Of a stretch of DNA of 57,378 bases, positions 27,299 through 36,425 are shown in pieces (position 1 is the stretch's first letter; each line of letters opens with the position of its first letter). The stretch covers positions 1 to 57,378 of the forward strand of contig CAZDDW010000001.1 in the NCBI GenBank assembly GCA_964504365.1. Reading direction: 5' to 3'. Source of the stretch: an uncultured Gammaproteobacteria bacterium (lineage in GTDB: Bacteria; Patescibacteriota; Patescibacteriia; UBA9934; CAZDDW01). A program made the position numbers and the translations under genes. The notes beneath the pieces are model-generated. The model saw nothing but the letters and a program-made list of their open reading frames with translations. It was not told the origin of the DNA and ran no database searches.

Positions 27299-27509
27299 GC
27301 CGGCCACGGGATGACTCGGACATTCTTTTGTGAGAAGCACTCGGCCTATTCGTGGAGTGATAAAAGGACATTGTCAGGCCTCGTTCGGGTTCCACCGGGA
27401 CCACCACCGTTAATGGTAATACGAGAGTGTGGTGTGGGCCCGGCTCCACATGTTCTCACAAAAAGAATATCCTCGTCATTTATTTCTTACGGCAAAGGAA
27501 GTGGCCGGC
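27299..27509 (-). ncRNA. long rod-shaped RNA, 6S RNA candidate
   Basis: ~170-nt core imperfect hairpin with an outer 9-bp stem; G-U pairs favour the minus strand; no family match checked. Confidence 0.4.
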
Positions 27510-27541
27510 TAGCAAATAAAAAACCACATCAGGTGATGTGG

Positions 27542-27793
27542 TCATGAGAGGATGTACTCGAAGATGCCACGATTCAAGCCGATGTGGAACCAGGCACCCC
27601 AGAGGTATACGATCGGTGCGGTAGCTATTGCTGCACCTCGACGCAACAAGGATAAGTCGTACTCGTTGAGCAGGTTGTGTCGGCGATATAGGTGATGGTA
27701 GAACGGAAAGTTCAGCCAAAATATCGAGCTGAGCATGCAGGCTCCAAATAGGAGCAAGAAGATCTGAGTCGAGTTTAGTATTTGGTAGATCAC
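27542..27793 (-). CDS. small membrane protein
   Basis: SD AGGAG before GTG; two hydrophobic segments; followed by terminator accacatca/tgatgtggt-ttttt. Confidence 0.55.
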   Translation of the reverse strand: MIYQILNSTQIFLLLFGACMLSSIFWLNFPFYHHLYRRHNLLNEYDLSLLRRGAAIATAPIVYLWGAWFHIGLNRGIFEYILS

Positions 27794-27801
27794 ACTTTCT
27801 C

Positions 27802-28011
27802 CTATAGGTTCCTGGCCCAAAGGTGAATTGTTAGTCCCCAGAGGACCAGTGAAAGGACTATGTGAGCAATACCTAGAAATCGCATGCGTCGTACACGATT
27901 CCAGGGTGCTATATCACGCTTGTTTTCAAGTTTGACCCACTTGACCATGACGTGATACAGCGCGAATATGTCGAGTACGCTGAGTACTATCATGGTGCAA
28001 ACAAGGATCAT
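27802..28011 (-). CDS. small membrane protein
   Basis: SD GGAGGAG before ATG; two hydrophobic segments. Confidence 0.6.
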   Translation of the reverse strand: MILVCTMIVLSVLDIFALYHVMVKWVKLENKRDIAPWNRVRRMRFLGIAHIVLSLVLWGLTIHLWARNL

Positions 28012-28042
28012 GCGCTTCTCCTCCAAATAAGCTTACCAGGGG

Positions 28043-28071
28043 TTGACAAAATGGTCAAAACATGGTATATT
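28043..28071 (+). promoter_or_regulatory. sigma70 promoter of rnpB
   Basis: TTGACA-17 nt-TATATT with extended -10 TG. Confidence 0.75.
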
Positions 28072-28080
28072 TTCCGCGCC

Positions 28081-28488
28081 TTAGAGTACTGGATGATCGC
28101 CTGGTGTCTTGTAAAAGATATTGGGGGGAAAGTCCGAACACCCCTTGTTTGGCAACATTCAAGGAGCATGGAAAGTCGCTAACAGCGACCAGGAGTAAAG
28201 ATGTGTCGTTCTGTTCTCGAGACAGAAAAACAGATCTCAAGCCTAGGGAAAGTGCCGCAGAGACAATACTAGTCCCGTCTATGGCGGGATGAAAAGTGAA
28301 AAGTTAGATGGTGTTAGTTCGCTAGCTACATCTTTCGTCCCACGGTGACGTGGTGACGTGGTAAACCCTTTCCGGTGCAAGAGCAAATTTGGTAGCTCGC
28401 TAGAGGTGCTTGGCAACAAGCATCGTAGATAGATGATCATCGATCTCACTTCGGTGGGAGAACAAAATTCGGCTTACAGGTATTCTGA
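28081..28488 (+). ncRNA. rnpB: RNase P RNA
   Basis: GGGGAAAGTCCG, GAAAGTGCCGCAGAGA, GGTAAACCC..GCAAGAGCAAAT, TAGATAGATGATC, ACAAAATTCGGCTTAC; P1 ttagagtact/ggtattctga. Confidence 0.93.
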
Positions 28489-28496
28489 GGCAATCA

Positions 28497-28526
28497 AAAA
28501 CACTGAGTGAAAGCTCAGCGTTTTTG
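28497..28526. terminator. bidirectional terminator between rnpB and trpS
   Basis: aaaaacactgag-tgaaag-ctcagcgttttt. Confidence 0.65.
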
Positions 28527-28535
28527 TTATTTCGT

Positions 28536-29525
28536 TTAGAGTTTCATTCCAACCCGTTCGCGAACGGATTGCATGTTTTTTTCTGCGATTTCTTGGGCGC
28601 GTTCGGCGCCGTCGTCCAGGATCGACTTGAGCATGTCTTCATCTTCCATTAGTTCCGTGTGGCGTTCGCGGATCGGGCGAACGAAGTCGACTACAGCTTC
28701 GGCCAGGTCGCCCTTGAAATCAGCGTAGCCCTTGCCATCGTAATCTGCCTCGATCTGATCCGGCGACTTGTCAGTAACAGCACTCATAATCGTAATCAGG
28801 TTGTAAACACCAGGTCGCTTGGCATCGTATTTGATCGTTCCTTCAGAATCAGTTACAGCAGACTTGATCTTCTTGCGAATAGTATCATCGTCATCAGTCA
28901 TTGCAATAAAACTTTTAGGACTGTCTGCAGACTTGCTCATCTTTTTAGTTGGATCATCCAAAGCCATGATACGTGCACCTTCTTTTTTCATACGCACCTC
29001 AGGAACAGTAAATGTCTGACCAAAGTCACGATTGAATCGTTCAGCTAGGTCGCGTGACAATTCAACATGTTGCTTCTGGTCATGTCCAACAGGAACAACA
29101 TCAGTTCCGTAAAGCAAAATATCAGCAGCCATCAAAATTGGGTACGAGAAAAGTCCAACACCAACAGATTCATGTTCACCACGTCCTTTTTCTTTGTACT
29201 GAGTCATGCGTTCCAATTCGCCCATGCGTGTGATCGTGGTCAATACCCAGCTAAGTTCAGCATGTCCACTGACTCGAGATTGTTGGAACAAGATGGCTTT
29301 CTTAGGATCGATTCCAGCAGCCAGATACATGGCGGCCAAGTTCAAGATATTATCACGCAAATCAATTGGATCTTGTGGCATGGTTATTGCATGCAGATCA
29401 ACTACACTAAAAATACAGTCGAACTCATTTTGTAGCTCAACGAATTGTTGTATAGCACCAATATAGTTGCCAATGTGGATGTTGTTTGTCGGTTGAATTC
29501 CCGAAAAAATACGCTTTTGTTTCAT
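28536..29525 (-). CDS. trpS: tryptophan--tRNA ligase
   Basis: IFSGIQPT..HIGNYIG, VPVGHDQKQHVEL, KMSKS. Confidence 0.97.
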   Translation of the reverse strand: MKQKRIFSGIQPTNNIHIGNYIGAIQQFVELQNEFDCIFSVVDLHAITMPQDPIDLRDNILNLAAMYLAAGIDPKKAILFQQSRVSGHAELSWVLTTITRMGELERMTQYKEKGRGEHESVGVGLFSYPILMAADILLYGTDVVPVGHDQKQHVELSRDLAERFNRDFGQTFTVPEVRMKKEGARIMALDDPTKKMSKSADSPKSFIAMTDDDDTIRKKIKSAVTDSEGTIKYDAKRPGVYNLITIMSAVTDKSPDQIEADYDGKGYADFKGDLAEAVVDFVRPIRERHTELMEDEDMLKSILDDGAERAQEIAEKNMQSVRERVGMKL

Positions 29526-29552
29526 ATGAGGAGATGATAGCATATCTGTGTT

Positions 29553-29669
29553 CAAGCACCAAGCACCAATATCCAAATACCAAATAAACACTAAATAACA
29601 AAAACCAAAGATTTTTTGGTCTTTGGAATTTGTGATTTATTTAGTTTTTGATTTTTGGGATTTGGTATT
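29553..29669. repeat. intergenic inverted heptad-repeat hairpin without gene
   Basis: ccaagca/ccaaata-type 7-mers facing tttggga/tttggta-type 7-mers. Confidence 0.65.
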
Positions 29670-31534
29670 TACACTTCAATAATCACTGGCAAGACCATTG
29701 GTCGACGCTCAGTCTTTTTGAACAGAAGCGTGCCAATGTCGTTGCGGATGCGTTTGCGGATATAGTCAGTATCAGCCTGTGAGGATGGATCTCGGTCAGT
29801 AACAATCTTTTTCGCACGTTTTCGTACTGCTTCAATCAGTGCTTTGTTTTCTTTCATGTATACAAATCCTCGGCTAATAATATCTGGACTACCATGTAGT
29901 TTACCAGTCTTGCGTTCAACCTGAACAATAACCACAACCATTCCGTCGCCAGCCAAAAGCTGTCGGTCACGCAAAACAACTTGTGAGACATCGCCAACAC
30001 CCAGTCCATCAACAAATACATAATCAGTCGGGAACTTTTCTTGGGTTAGTTTACCTTCGCCCTTTGCGAATTCCATAATCTGACCATTCTCCGGGATAAA
30101 TATATCTTTATCCTCTCGATAACCTAAGGTCTCAGCGATTTTCGCATTTGCTACCAGCAAGTAAGTATTTCCTTCAATCGGAACATAATACTTTGGCTGC
30201 ATTAGCGAGATCATTAATTTGATATCCTCGGCTTTGGCGTGACCACCGGCGTGGATATCTAGTAAGTTGTAATGAATCACATTAACTCGATGGCGAGCTA
30301 AGGTGTCTTGCAAGCGTTCAACAGATTTTTCGTTTCCTGGAACAACCGAGCTAGAGAAAATGACTGTGTCATCAGGATTCAGTCGGACTGAACGGTGCTC
30401 GTTGTTAGCGATGCGCATCAGTGCGGCTCGTTGCTCGCCCTGGGCTCCAGTACACACCAACATGACTTTGTGCTTTGGATATTTATCCATCTGCTCTGGA
30501 GTAATGATTGTACTCTGTTGAAATTGAAGATAACCAAGCTGTTTGGCAATCTCAACGTTAGTTTTCATTGAGTATCCATCAATGGCGATTTTGCGCCCGT
30601 GCTTTTCTCCAATTTCGATTATCTGTTTAACACGTGATAGCTGGGAAGCGAAAGTTCCAACAATGATTCGACCTCTAACATTTTTTATGATTTGCTCCAA
30701 GTTAGCACCAATTTCCTTTTCCGAAATCTGATGTCCTGGTTTGTTAGCATTAGTTGAATCACTGAGCAGAGCCATTACTCCCTCGTTGCCAACTTTGGCG
30801 ATCTTACCAAAGTCAGCTGGACCAGTTCCAGAAGGATGGAAGTCAAATTTCCAGTCACCAGTGTGAACAACACGTCCTTCGGGTGTGTCGATAATTACTC
30901 CAACAGCATCAGGGATTGAGTGGTTCAAGTGGATGAAAGAAACTTTGAATTTTCCAAGCTGTAGAGTGTCATCGACTTTGATCTGTTTCAGATTAATCGA
31001 GCGACCCTGAAAATCTTCCTGTTTCTTCTTGATCATCCCAGCAGCCATAGGCATAGCGTAAACCGGGGGATCACCAATTTCCGGCATGACGTGGCCAACA
31101 CCACCGATATGGTCGTAGTGACCATGGGTGATAATCACTCCACGGATGTTTTTTTCTTTACCTTTGACACAAGCCATGTTCGGGATAACATAGTCGATTC
31201 CAGGCATATCATCTTCAGGGAACTGCAGTCCCATGTCAATAAAGATAATGTCATTGCCATATTCAAGCATTGTACAGTTACGGCCAACCTCTTCATTTCC
31301 ACCAACAATACCAATCCTTAGCTTGCCTTTCGGGGCGATATTTGGTTTACCGTGTTTAGCTCTTCGTTTACTGTGTTTTGTTTGTCGTTTCTGATTTGCT
31401 TGTGGCTTGTGATCAGAAACGGCTTTTTTCTTGTTTACGCGTTTGGCTGGTCGCGAAAACTTGCGGCTTGGCGGTTTTGCCTTACCTTTAGGTTTCTGCG
31501 CAGCCGGACGCGGCTTACGTTTTGTTTTTACCAT
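29669..31534 (-). CDS. rnj: ribonuclease J
   Basis: GGNEEVGRN, ITHGHYDHIG, HTGDWKFD, HAGGH; long basic N-terminal extension. Confidence 0.95.
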   Translation of the reverse strand: MVKTKRKPRPAAQKPKGKAKPPSRKFSRPAKRVNKKKAVSDHKPQANQKRQTKHSKRRAKHGKPNIAPKGKLRIGIVGGNEEVGRNCTMLEYGNDIIFIDMGLQFPEDDMPGIDYVIPNMACVKGKEKNIRGVIITHGHYDHIGGVGHVMPEIGDPPVYAMPMAAGMIKKKQEDFQGRSINLKQIKVDDTLQLGKFKVSFIHLNHSIPDAVGVIIDTPEGRVVHTGDWKFDFHPSGTGPADFGKIAKVGNEGVMALLSDSTNANKPGHQISEKEIGANLEQIIKNVRGRIIVGTFASQLSRVKQIIEIGEKHGRKIAIDGYSMKTNVEIAKQLGYLQFQQSTIITPEQMDKYPKHKVMLVCTGAQGEQRAALMRIANNEHRSVRLNPDDTVIFSSSVVPGNEKSVERLQDTLARHRVNVIHYNLLDIHAGGHAKAEDIKLMISLMQPKYYVPIEGNTYLLVANAKIAETLGYREDKDIFIPENGQIMEFAKGEGKLTQEKFPTDYVFVDGLGVGDVSQVVLRDRQLLAGDGMVVVIVQVERKTGKLHGSPDIISRGFVYMKENKALIEAVRKRAKKIVTDRDPSSQADTDYIRKRIRNDIGTLLFKKTERRPMVLPVIIEV

Positions 31535-31755
31535 AATATAAAAGTTATTAGTTTTGAGTTGTGAATTATGAGTTTTTGATCGCAAAGTGCGATCTGAGAC
31601 AACGAAGGGTCTGGGCCCCTCACAAAGAGAGAAACAGGCCTTTTGTTGGCTTGCCATCCGTAGCTCCAGCCGGACCTCATCTGAGGCCCTTCTTCGCCAA
31701 GGCTTCGAAGGGTATCCTCCGCTCCACCAGCAGAATATCTTGCTGGAGCGCAGGA

Positions 31756-31841
31756 TGGTGCGGACGGAGGGACTCGAACCCTCACAGGATTGCTCCCACT
31801 AGAACCTGAATCTAGCGCGTCTACCATTCCGCCACGTCCGC
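31756..31841 (-). tRNA. tRNA-Leu(CAG)
   Basis: gcggacg acceptor, anticodon arm ctaga-ttCAGgt-tctag, long variable arm, GTTCGAG, encoded CCA. Confidence 0.96.
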
Positions 31842-31938
31842 GTGGCAATTAAGTATCAAAGCAACCGGGGAGACCCCGTTTTTGCTCTAATCTTAGGTAT
31901 CAATTTTTCCTTGAGAGAAGAAGTAAGAGATCAGTATA

Positions 31939-33852
31939 TCATTCTTCCTCAGAATTGTCAAGGGGCTCTTCTTCGATCGTCTCTTCAATTGTTGGTCCGA
32001 CGACCTCTTCTGCAGTTGGTTCTTCAGCTGCTGGTTCAACGACTTCTACTTCTTCAACCATTGGTTCTTCGGTTGACCAACGTAGCTTCATCTTCATTTT
32101 AATATACCATTCATTGATTCGTGAGAAGCGGTCAGATGGATCAGTGATTCGTTCCAGATCTATGTTTTTGATTTTTGATGCAACAGCGTATCGGTAGGTC
32201 GGTTGATACAAGAATATCGCTGGTAAGTCTTCTGCTAAGAAATCCTGGAATTCAATATATTTTGCCGCGCGCTCTTCGGGGTCAGTGGTAATCCGGGCCT
32301 CTTCAAGCAATTCATCAGCTTTCCGGTTTTCATATCCAGCCAGATTCAGTCCTGGGTCTGATGCTTGAGATGAATGCCAGAATGGATACGGATCAGGGTC
32401 AGTTCCTAATAACTCACCAGTCAAGAACATCTCGTAGTTTCGCCCAGACAAGACCAGGGCCTGCAGGTCCAAGGCAGCCACCACACGAATTTCCAAAGTT
32501 ACTCCGATTTCAGCCCACTGACGCTGAATGATTTCTGCCGCGTGAATAAATTCAGCTTGATCAAGTACGGTTAAAGTAAATGCCACTTCTTCGCTTTCCT
32601 CACGGTGTTCATCAAACAAAATACGGGCAGCATCTGGGTCATATCCAAAGCGCTCGATATCTTCGTGATAACCAACCATGCCTGGCAAAATTGGAGCATC
32701 GATCGCAGAAGCGTGTCCTCCAAGAACTTCGTTAATGATCTCCTCTTTATTAATCGATTGGATTAAAGCTTGGCGTACGTCATGTTCGGCCAAGAGATCA
32801 TTTTTTTCTTGGTTGAAAAAGATGGCTGTGATTTGAGGAATGCTTGGACGCATTATTTCTACGCCACGTATTTTTTCTACTTCAGAAACTAGATCAGCTG
32901 GGATGAAAGCCAGACCTTCGATATTGCGATTGGTTAGCGCATCAACCGCAGTATGAGCATCTGAATAGAACTTAAAAGCTAGTTGTTCAATAGAGGCTGG
33001 TTGAGCGTAGTAATCTGGATTACGCTCTAAAACATAGGTCCCAATATTACCCATCTTGTCCTTTGTGTATTTAGAAAATTTGTATGGACCGCTGCCGATC
33101 GGGGTTAGGTTCAGGTCAGTTAGGGTGGCTCGAATTGGAGCGATCTGCTCCCATAAGTGCGAAGGGATAATACCAACAGTCAAACTAGATAAGAATGGAG
33201 CAAACGGTTCAAGCAAAGTGAACTGCACTTGTTTTTCTCCCATCTCAGCCACACTCACCCCCTGGAAACTAACAGCCAAGGGACTTTTGTATTCTGGGTT
33301 TTGGATGCTTTGAATTGTGAAGATAACATCACTGGCTCGCACCGGCTCACCGTCGTGCCAGCGCGCATCATCGCGGATAGTAATTGTATACGTGGTTTGG
33401 TCCTCAGAGATTTCAAACGAGGAAGCTAGATCTGGAACTAAACCAGAAACAGGATCATAGCGGAACAAGCCGCTGAAGACCAGTTCAGTCAAATCCGAAT
33501 CAACATCACTGGCTGAGGCGTAAAGAGGGTTAACGAATTGTGGCTCACCAATCAGTCCCTCGGTATACTCGCCTCCGACAGAAGCCATTTCTACACGGTG
33601 GGTAACAACAAACCAACTAGCCACAAATACAACCGAAAGAGCAAATACAGCAAGAGCAATTAGAGAAATTTTACGTTCGCCTTTTGAAAGCACGTTTGGA
33701 AGTTCGCCCCACTGCTGCCAGCTTGGCCAGGTCTTGTCTTTGTTAATTTGAAGAACATGAGCCGCGGTCAGATCTTTTTCTGTTCGGCCTAGTTTGGTTT
33801 TTAAGTTAACGAGTCTTTTTAGGACCCGTTGTATGGGAGAGTCTTCTTTCAC
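31939..33852 (-). CDS. ABC transporter substrate-binding protein, family 5 (OppA/DppA-like)
   Basis: NPLY..D..LVFSGL, PDLA, WHDGEPVRASDVIFT, PIGSGPYKF. Confidence 0.9.
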   Translation of the reverse strand: MKEDSPIQRVLKRLVNLKTKLGRTEKDLTAAHVLQINKDKTWPSWQQWGELPNVLSKGERKISLIALAVFALSVVFVASWFVVTHRVEMASVGGEYTEGLIGEPQFVNPLYASASDVDSDLTELVFSGLFRYDPVSGLVPDLASSFEISEDQTTYTITIRDDARWHDGEPVRASDVIFTIQSIQNPEYKSPLAVSFQGVSVAEMGEKQVQFTLLEPFAPFLSSLTVGIIPSHLWEQIAPIRATLTDLNLTPIGSGPYKFSKYTKDKMGNIGTYVLERNPDYYAQPASIEQLAFKFYSDAHTAVDALTNRNIEGLAFIPADLVSEVEKIRGVEIMRPSIPQITAIFFNQEKNDLLAEHDVRQALIQSINKEEIINEVLGGHASAIDAPILPGMVGYHEDIERFGYDPDAARILFDEHREESEEVAFTLTVLDQAEFIHAAEIIQRQWAEIGVTLEIRVVAALDLQALVLSGRNYEMFLTGELLGTDPDPYPFWHSSQASDPGLNLAGYENRKADELLEEARITTDPEERAAKYIEFQDFLAEDLPAIFLYQPTYRYAVASKIKNIDLERITDPSDRFSRINEWYIKMKMKLRWSTEEPMVEEVEVVEPAAEEPTAEEVVGPTIEETIEEEPLDNSEEE

Positions 33853-33855
33853 AGA

Positions 33856-34074
33856 TTAAAACAAGACGTTGGCTAAAGCCACAGCAAAAAACAGGATAGC
33901 CACCACAACTGTAGCTTGGTGAAGTTTTTTCTCAATGCCGCGTTTGGCTAAATAGACGTTTCCGCCTCCGCCAAAAATACCGCCTACACCAGCCCCTCGG
34001 GCTTGAAGCAAAATAAACAGCACCAAAAGCACGGCTAGGATTATTTGAGCAATATTGAGTATAGTATCAAGCAT
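33856..34074 (-). CDS. secG: preprotein translocase subunit SecG
   Basis: ILLQARGAGVGGIFGGG...RGIEK. Confidence 0.93.
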   Translation of the reverse strand: MLDTILNIAQIILAVLLVLFILLQARGAGVGGIFGGGGNVYLAKRGIEKKLHQATVVVAILFFAVALANVLF

Positions 34075-34168
34075 ATTTATCCTTTATCAATTCATCAGGA
34101 TTCTAGAACAGTTATCCGTTTCTGTCAATCTTATATACATGATATACTGTTTTCAGAAAGTAGACCAT

Positions 34169-34891
34169 ATGGAGGCGGTTGAGCTATCAAAAAAGAAACA
34201 AATTATTTTAACTGTTATTATTCTCCTGGTTTTGATTTTGGGAGGATTTTTTGCTGTTAAAGTAATCTTGATATACAGCAAAATTATGAATGGTGAATTG
34301 GGTATGGGTGGTTATGACTTTGAAGAACAGATGTCGATTGGACAAGCCATAGCCAATGTAGAACCTGATATTGATCCAACTCTGGTGGCTAGTGATGATG
34401 ATCCTGCTTTGGGAGCTGAAGAACCGGTTCTAACCATTGTTGAGTTTGCTGACTTTCAGTGTCCACATTGTGCAGCTGTTAGTGGCACAGTACGACGCAT
34501 GGCTTCTCTATATGGAGAGAAGGTGCGCTTTATCTATCGTGATTATCCAGTTTCTGAAATTCATCCAGATGCGCAGTTAGCAGCTGAAGCTGCTGAGTGT
34601 GCACACGACCAAGGATTGTTTTGGCAGTACCATGACAAGCTGTTTGCTAATCAAGGGGATTTAGATGTTGTCTCTTTGAAAAGTTATGCAATTCAAGTTG
34701 GTCTGGATCCAACAGTATTCAACCAGTGCCTTGATTACAGCAGTAAACGTGGTGAAGTACTGGATGATTATACTGACGGGTCTTTGGTCGGTGTCTACGG
34801 TACCCCAACTTTTTTCTTCAACGGCTCACGAGTTTCCGGTGCTATCCCAGAAGCTGTGTTTGAATCAATAATTCAAGGATTCTTAGAGTAG
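34169..34891 (+). CDS. DsbA family thioredoxin-fold protein
   Basis: IVEFADFQCPHC, YRDYP, GTPTFFFNG; N-terminal TM. Confidence 0.92.
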   Translation: MEAVELSKKKQIILTVIILLVLILGGFFAVKVILIYSKIMNGELGMGGYDFEEQMSIGQAIANVEPDIDPTLVASDDDPALGAEEPVLTIVEFADFQCPHCAAVSGTVRRMASLYGEKVRFIYRDYPVSEIHPDAQLAAEAAECAHDQGLFWQYHDKLFANQGDLDVVSLKSYAIQVGLDPTVFNQCLDYSSKRGEVLDDYTDGSLVGVYGTPTFFFNGSRVSGAIPEAVFESIIQGFLE

Positions 34892-34892
34892 T

Positions 34893-36422
34893 ATGAAAAC
34901 GCGATTGCTAAGTTGTTTGGTTGTCTTGTTGGCTGGTTTTTTGGTTGTACCAGTAGCTGGTGCTGCGACTGATCCTTGTGATTGCTGGTGTGGTGAAACC
35001 GGAACCGGCGCTGCGTCAATCGACAACAAGGCGGATCGAGATATTTGTCAGGATGCTTGCCAGGATGCTGGTCAGGACTACATTATTTGTACTAATGAAA
35101 GAGGGGCCAAGCCACCATCAAATATTCGTTGTTGGACTGAGTCCGAGTGTAATCGCTATAGCACGGAGACAGATATTCTAAATACCACAGCCATTGGTGG
35201 TACAACTTGGGAAGGTAATATTCCCAAAGAATGTTTTGCTGGTCCAGCGCCAGAGAGCTACTGTTATCCAGCTCCGATCCAGGTTGATCTGAGTATTGTT
35301 ATGGGTACCCCGGATGATCCGGTAACAGCCGTGTACGATCTTTCTACATATATTAATGCCCTTTATCGCTGGTTGCTCTACGCTGGCATGATTGCTGCTG
35401 GGCTGATGATCATGATTGGTGGGATTGAATACATGTTAGGACATGGTTCGGGTCAGGTGACTAAGGCCAAAGACCGTATCCGCAGCGCAATCATTGGAAT
35501 TATGATTCTGTTTTCAGCCTACTTGATTCTAGCTACGGTTAACCCAGCAATTGTCCAGATGAGTTTGCCAAGATTCCCTTTGATTAAACAAGTGATATGG
35601 GTTGATGATAGTACGACCTGCGAAGCCCTTTGGCAGCAGGGATATATTCTTAATGTTGACGGAAATCAGACATACAGTGGCATTGGTGGTTGTACCGGTT
35701 TTCTTAGTTGCCCCCCATGGTTTACGTGTGGAACCGTGGCTCAGGTTGTTGGACACGTTGATGATAAAGAAGCAACAATTCAGGAATGTGTTTTTTACGG
35801 ATGCTCAGAAAAAGGAAGTGTGTGTACACCAAAACGTGATGAGACGTACACCTGCATGAAGTGTGAGGACATTACACCGAACAATGAATATGGTGTAATT
35901 GCATCAACCACTATGTGTAACCGTTTTACACCAGAGATGACATACAACGAAGCCGATGGCACCGGTGTATATAAGAACTGTTTCTTTACCATGGATGCTA
36001 CGGTTACTGGGGCTGGGGGCGGGGCGGCATTAGAAAAGGCTTGTGCGCTGGCCGTTATTGATTGTAATGCTGTTAAAGTTTGTCAAGGGTATGATACTCA
36101 GACAGTGACCTATAAAGAAGATTCGGGTGAAAGCAAGTCAACACAACTAGACGAGATTCAACTGTCGTCAAAGTCAGGGTTTGATCCTTCTTTATTCGGT
36201 GACATGCTTGGCGATTTTAGTTTAGGTGATGCCTGTCATGAAGATATTTGTATGGTAGCCACAAAATATCCGGCCACTTTTCCTGATGGTTGTTTAACAG
36301 AATCTGCCGCTATTGGTGGGGGCGTTGTTGAGGCCTTAACTGAAATTATTACTGGTTTCCAATATGACTGCGAAAAGGCTGTTGCTGATATGGATCGTGG
36401 AATGGCCGACTTCTATCCTTAA
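34893..36422 (+). CDS. Cys-rich secreted protein with TrbC/VirB2-type pilin segment
   Basis: Signal peptide; YINALYRW..IMIGGIEYM..KAKDRIRSAIIG..SAYLILATVNP. Confidence 0.75.
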   Translation: MKTRLLSCLVVLLAGFLVVPVAGAATDPCDCWCGETGTGAASIDNKADRDICQDACQDAGQDYIICTNERGAKPPSNIRCWTESECNRYSTETDILNTTAIGGTTWEGNIPKECFAGPAPESYCYPAPIQVDLSIVMGTPDDPVTAVYDLSTYINALYRWLLYAGMIAAGLMIMIGGIEYMLGHGSGQVTKAKDRIRSAIIGIMILFSAYLILATVNPAIVQMSLPRFPLIKQVIWVDDSTTCEALWQQGYILNVDGNQTYSGIGGCTGFLSCPPWFTCGTVAQVVGHVDDKEATIQECVFYGCSEKGSVCTPKRDETYTCMKCEDITPNNEYGVIASTTMCNRFTPEMTYNEADGTGVYKNCFFTMDATVTGAGGGAALEKACALAVIDCNAVKVCQGYDTQTVTYKEDSGESKSTQLDEIQLSSKSGFDPSLFGDMLGDFSLGDACHEDICMVATKYPATFPDGCLTESAAIGGGVVEALTEIITGFQYDCEKAVADMDRGMADFYP

Positions 36423-36425
36423 AGT

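Noticed and set aside
31535-31657. 41-aa N-terminal extension of RNase J given by the ORF track (likewise trpS 29526-29591)
   Set aside because: It translates through heptad repeats and non-coding hairpins; downstream ATGs match the expected protein starts.
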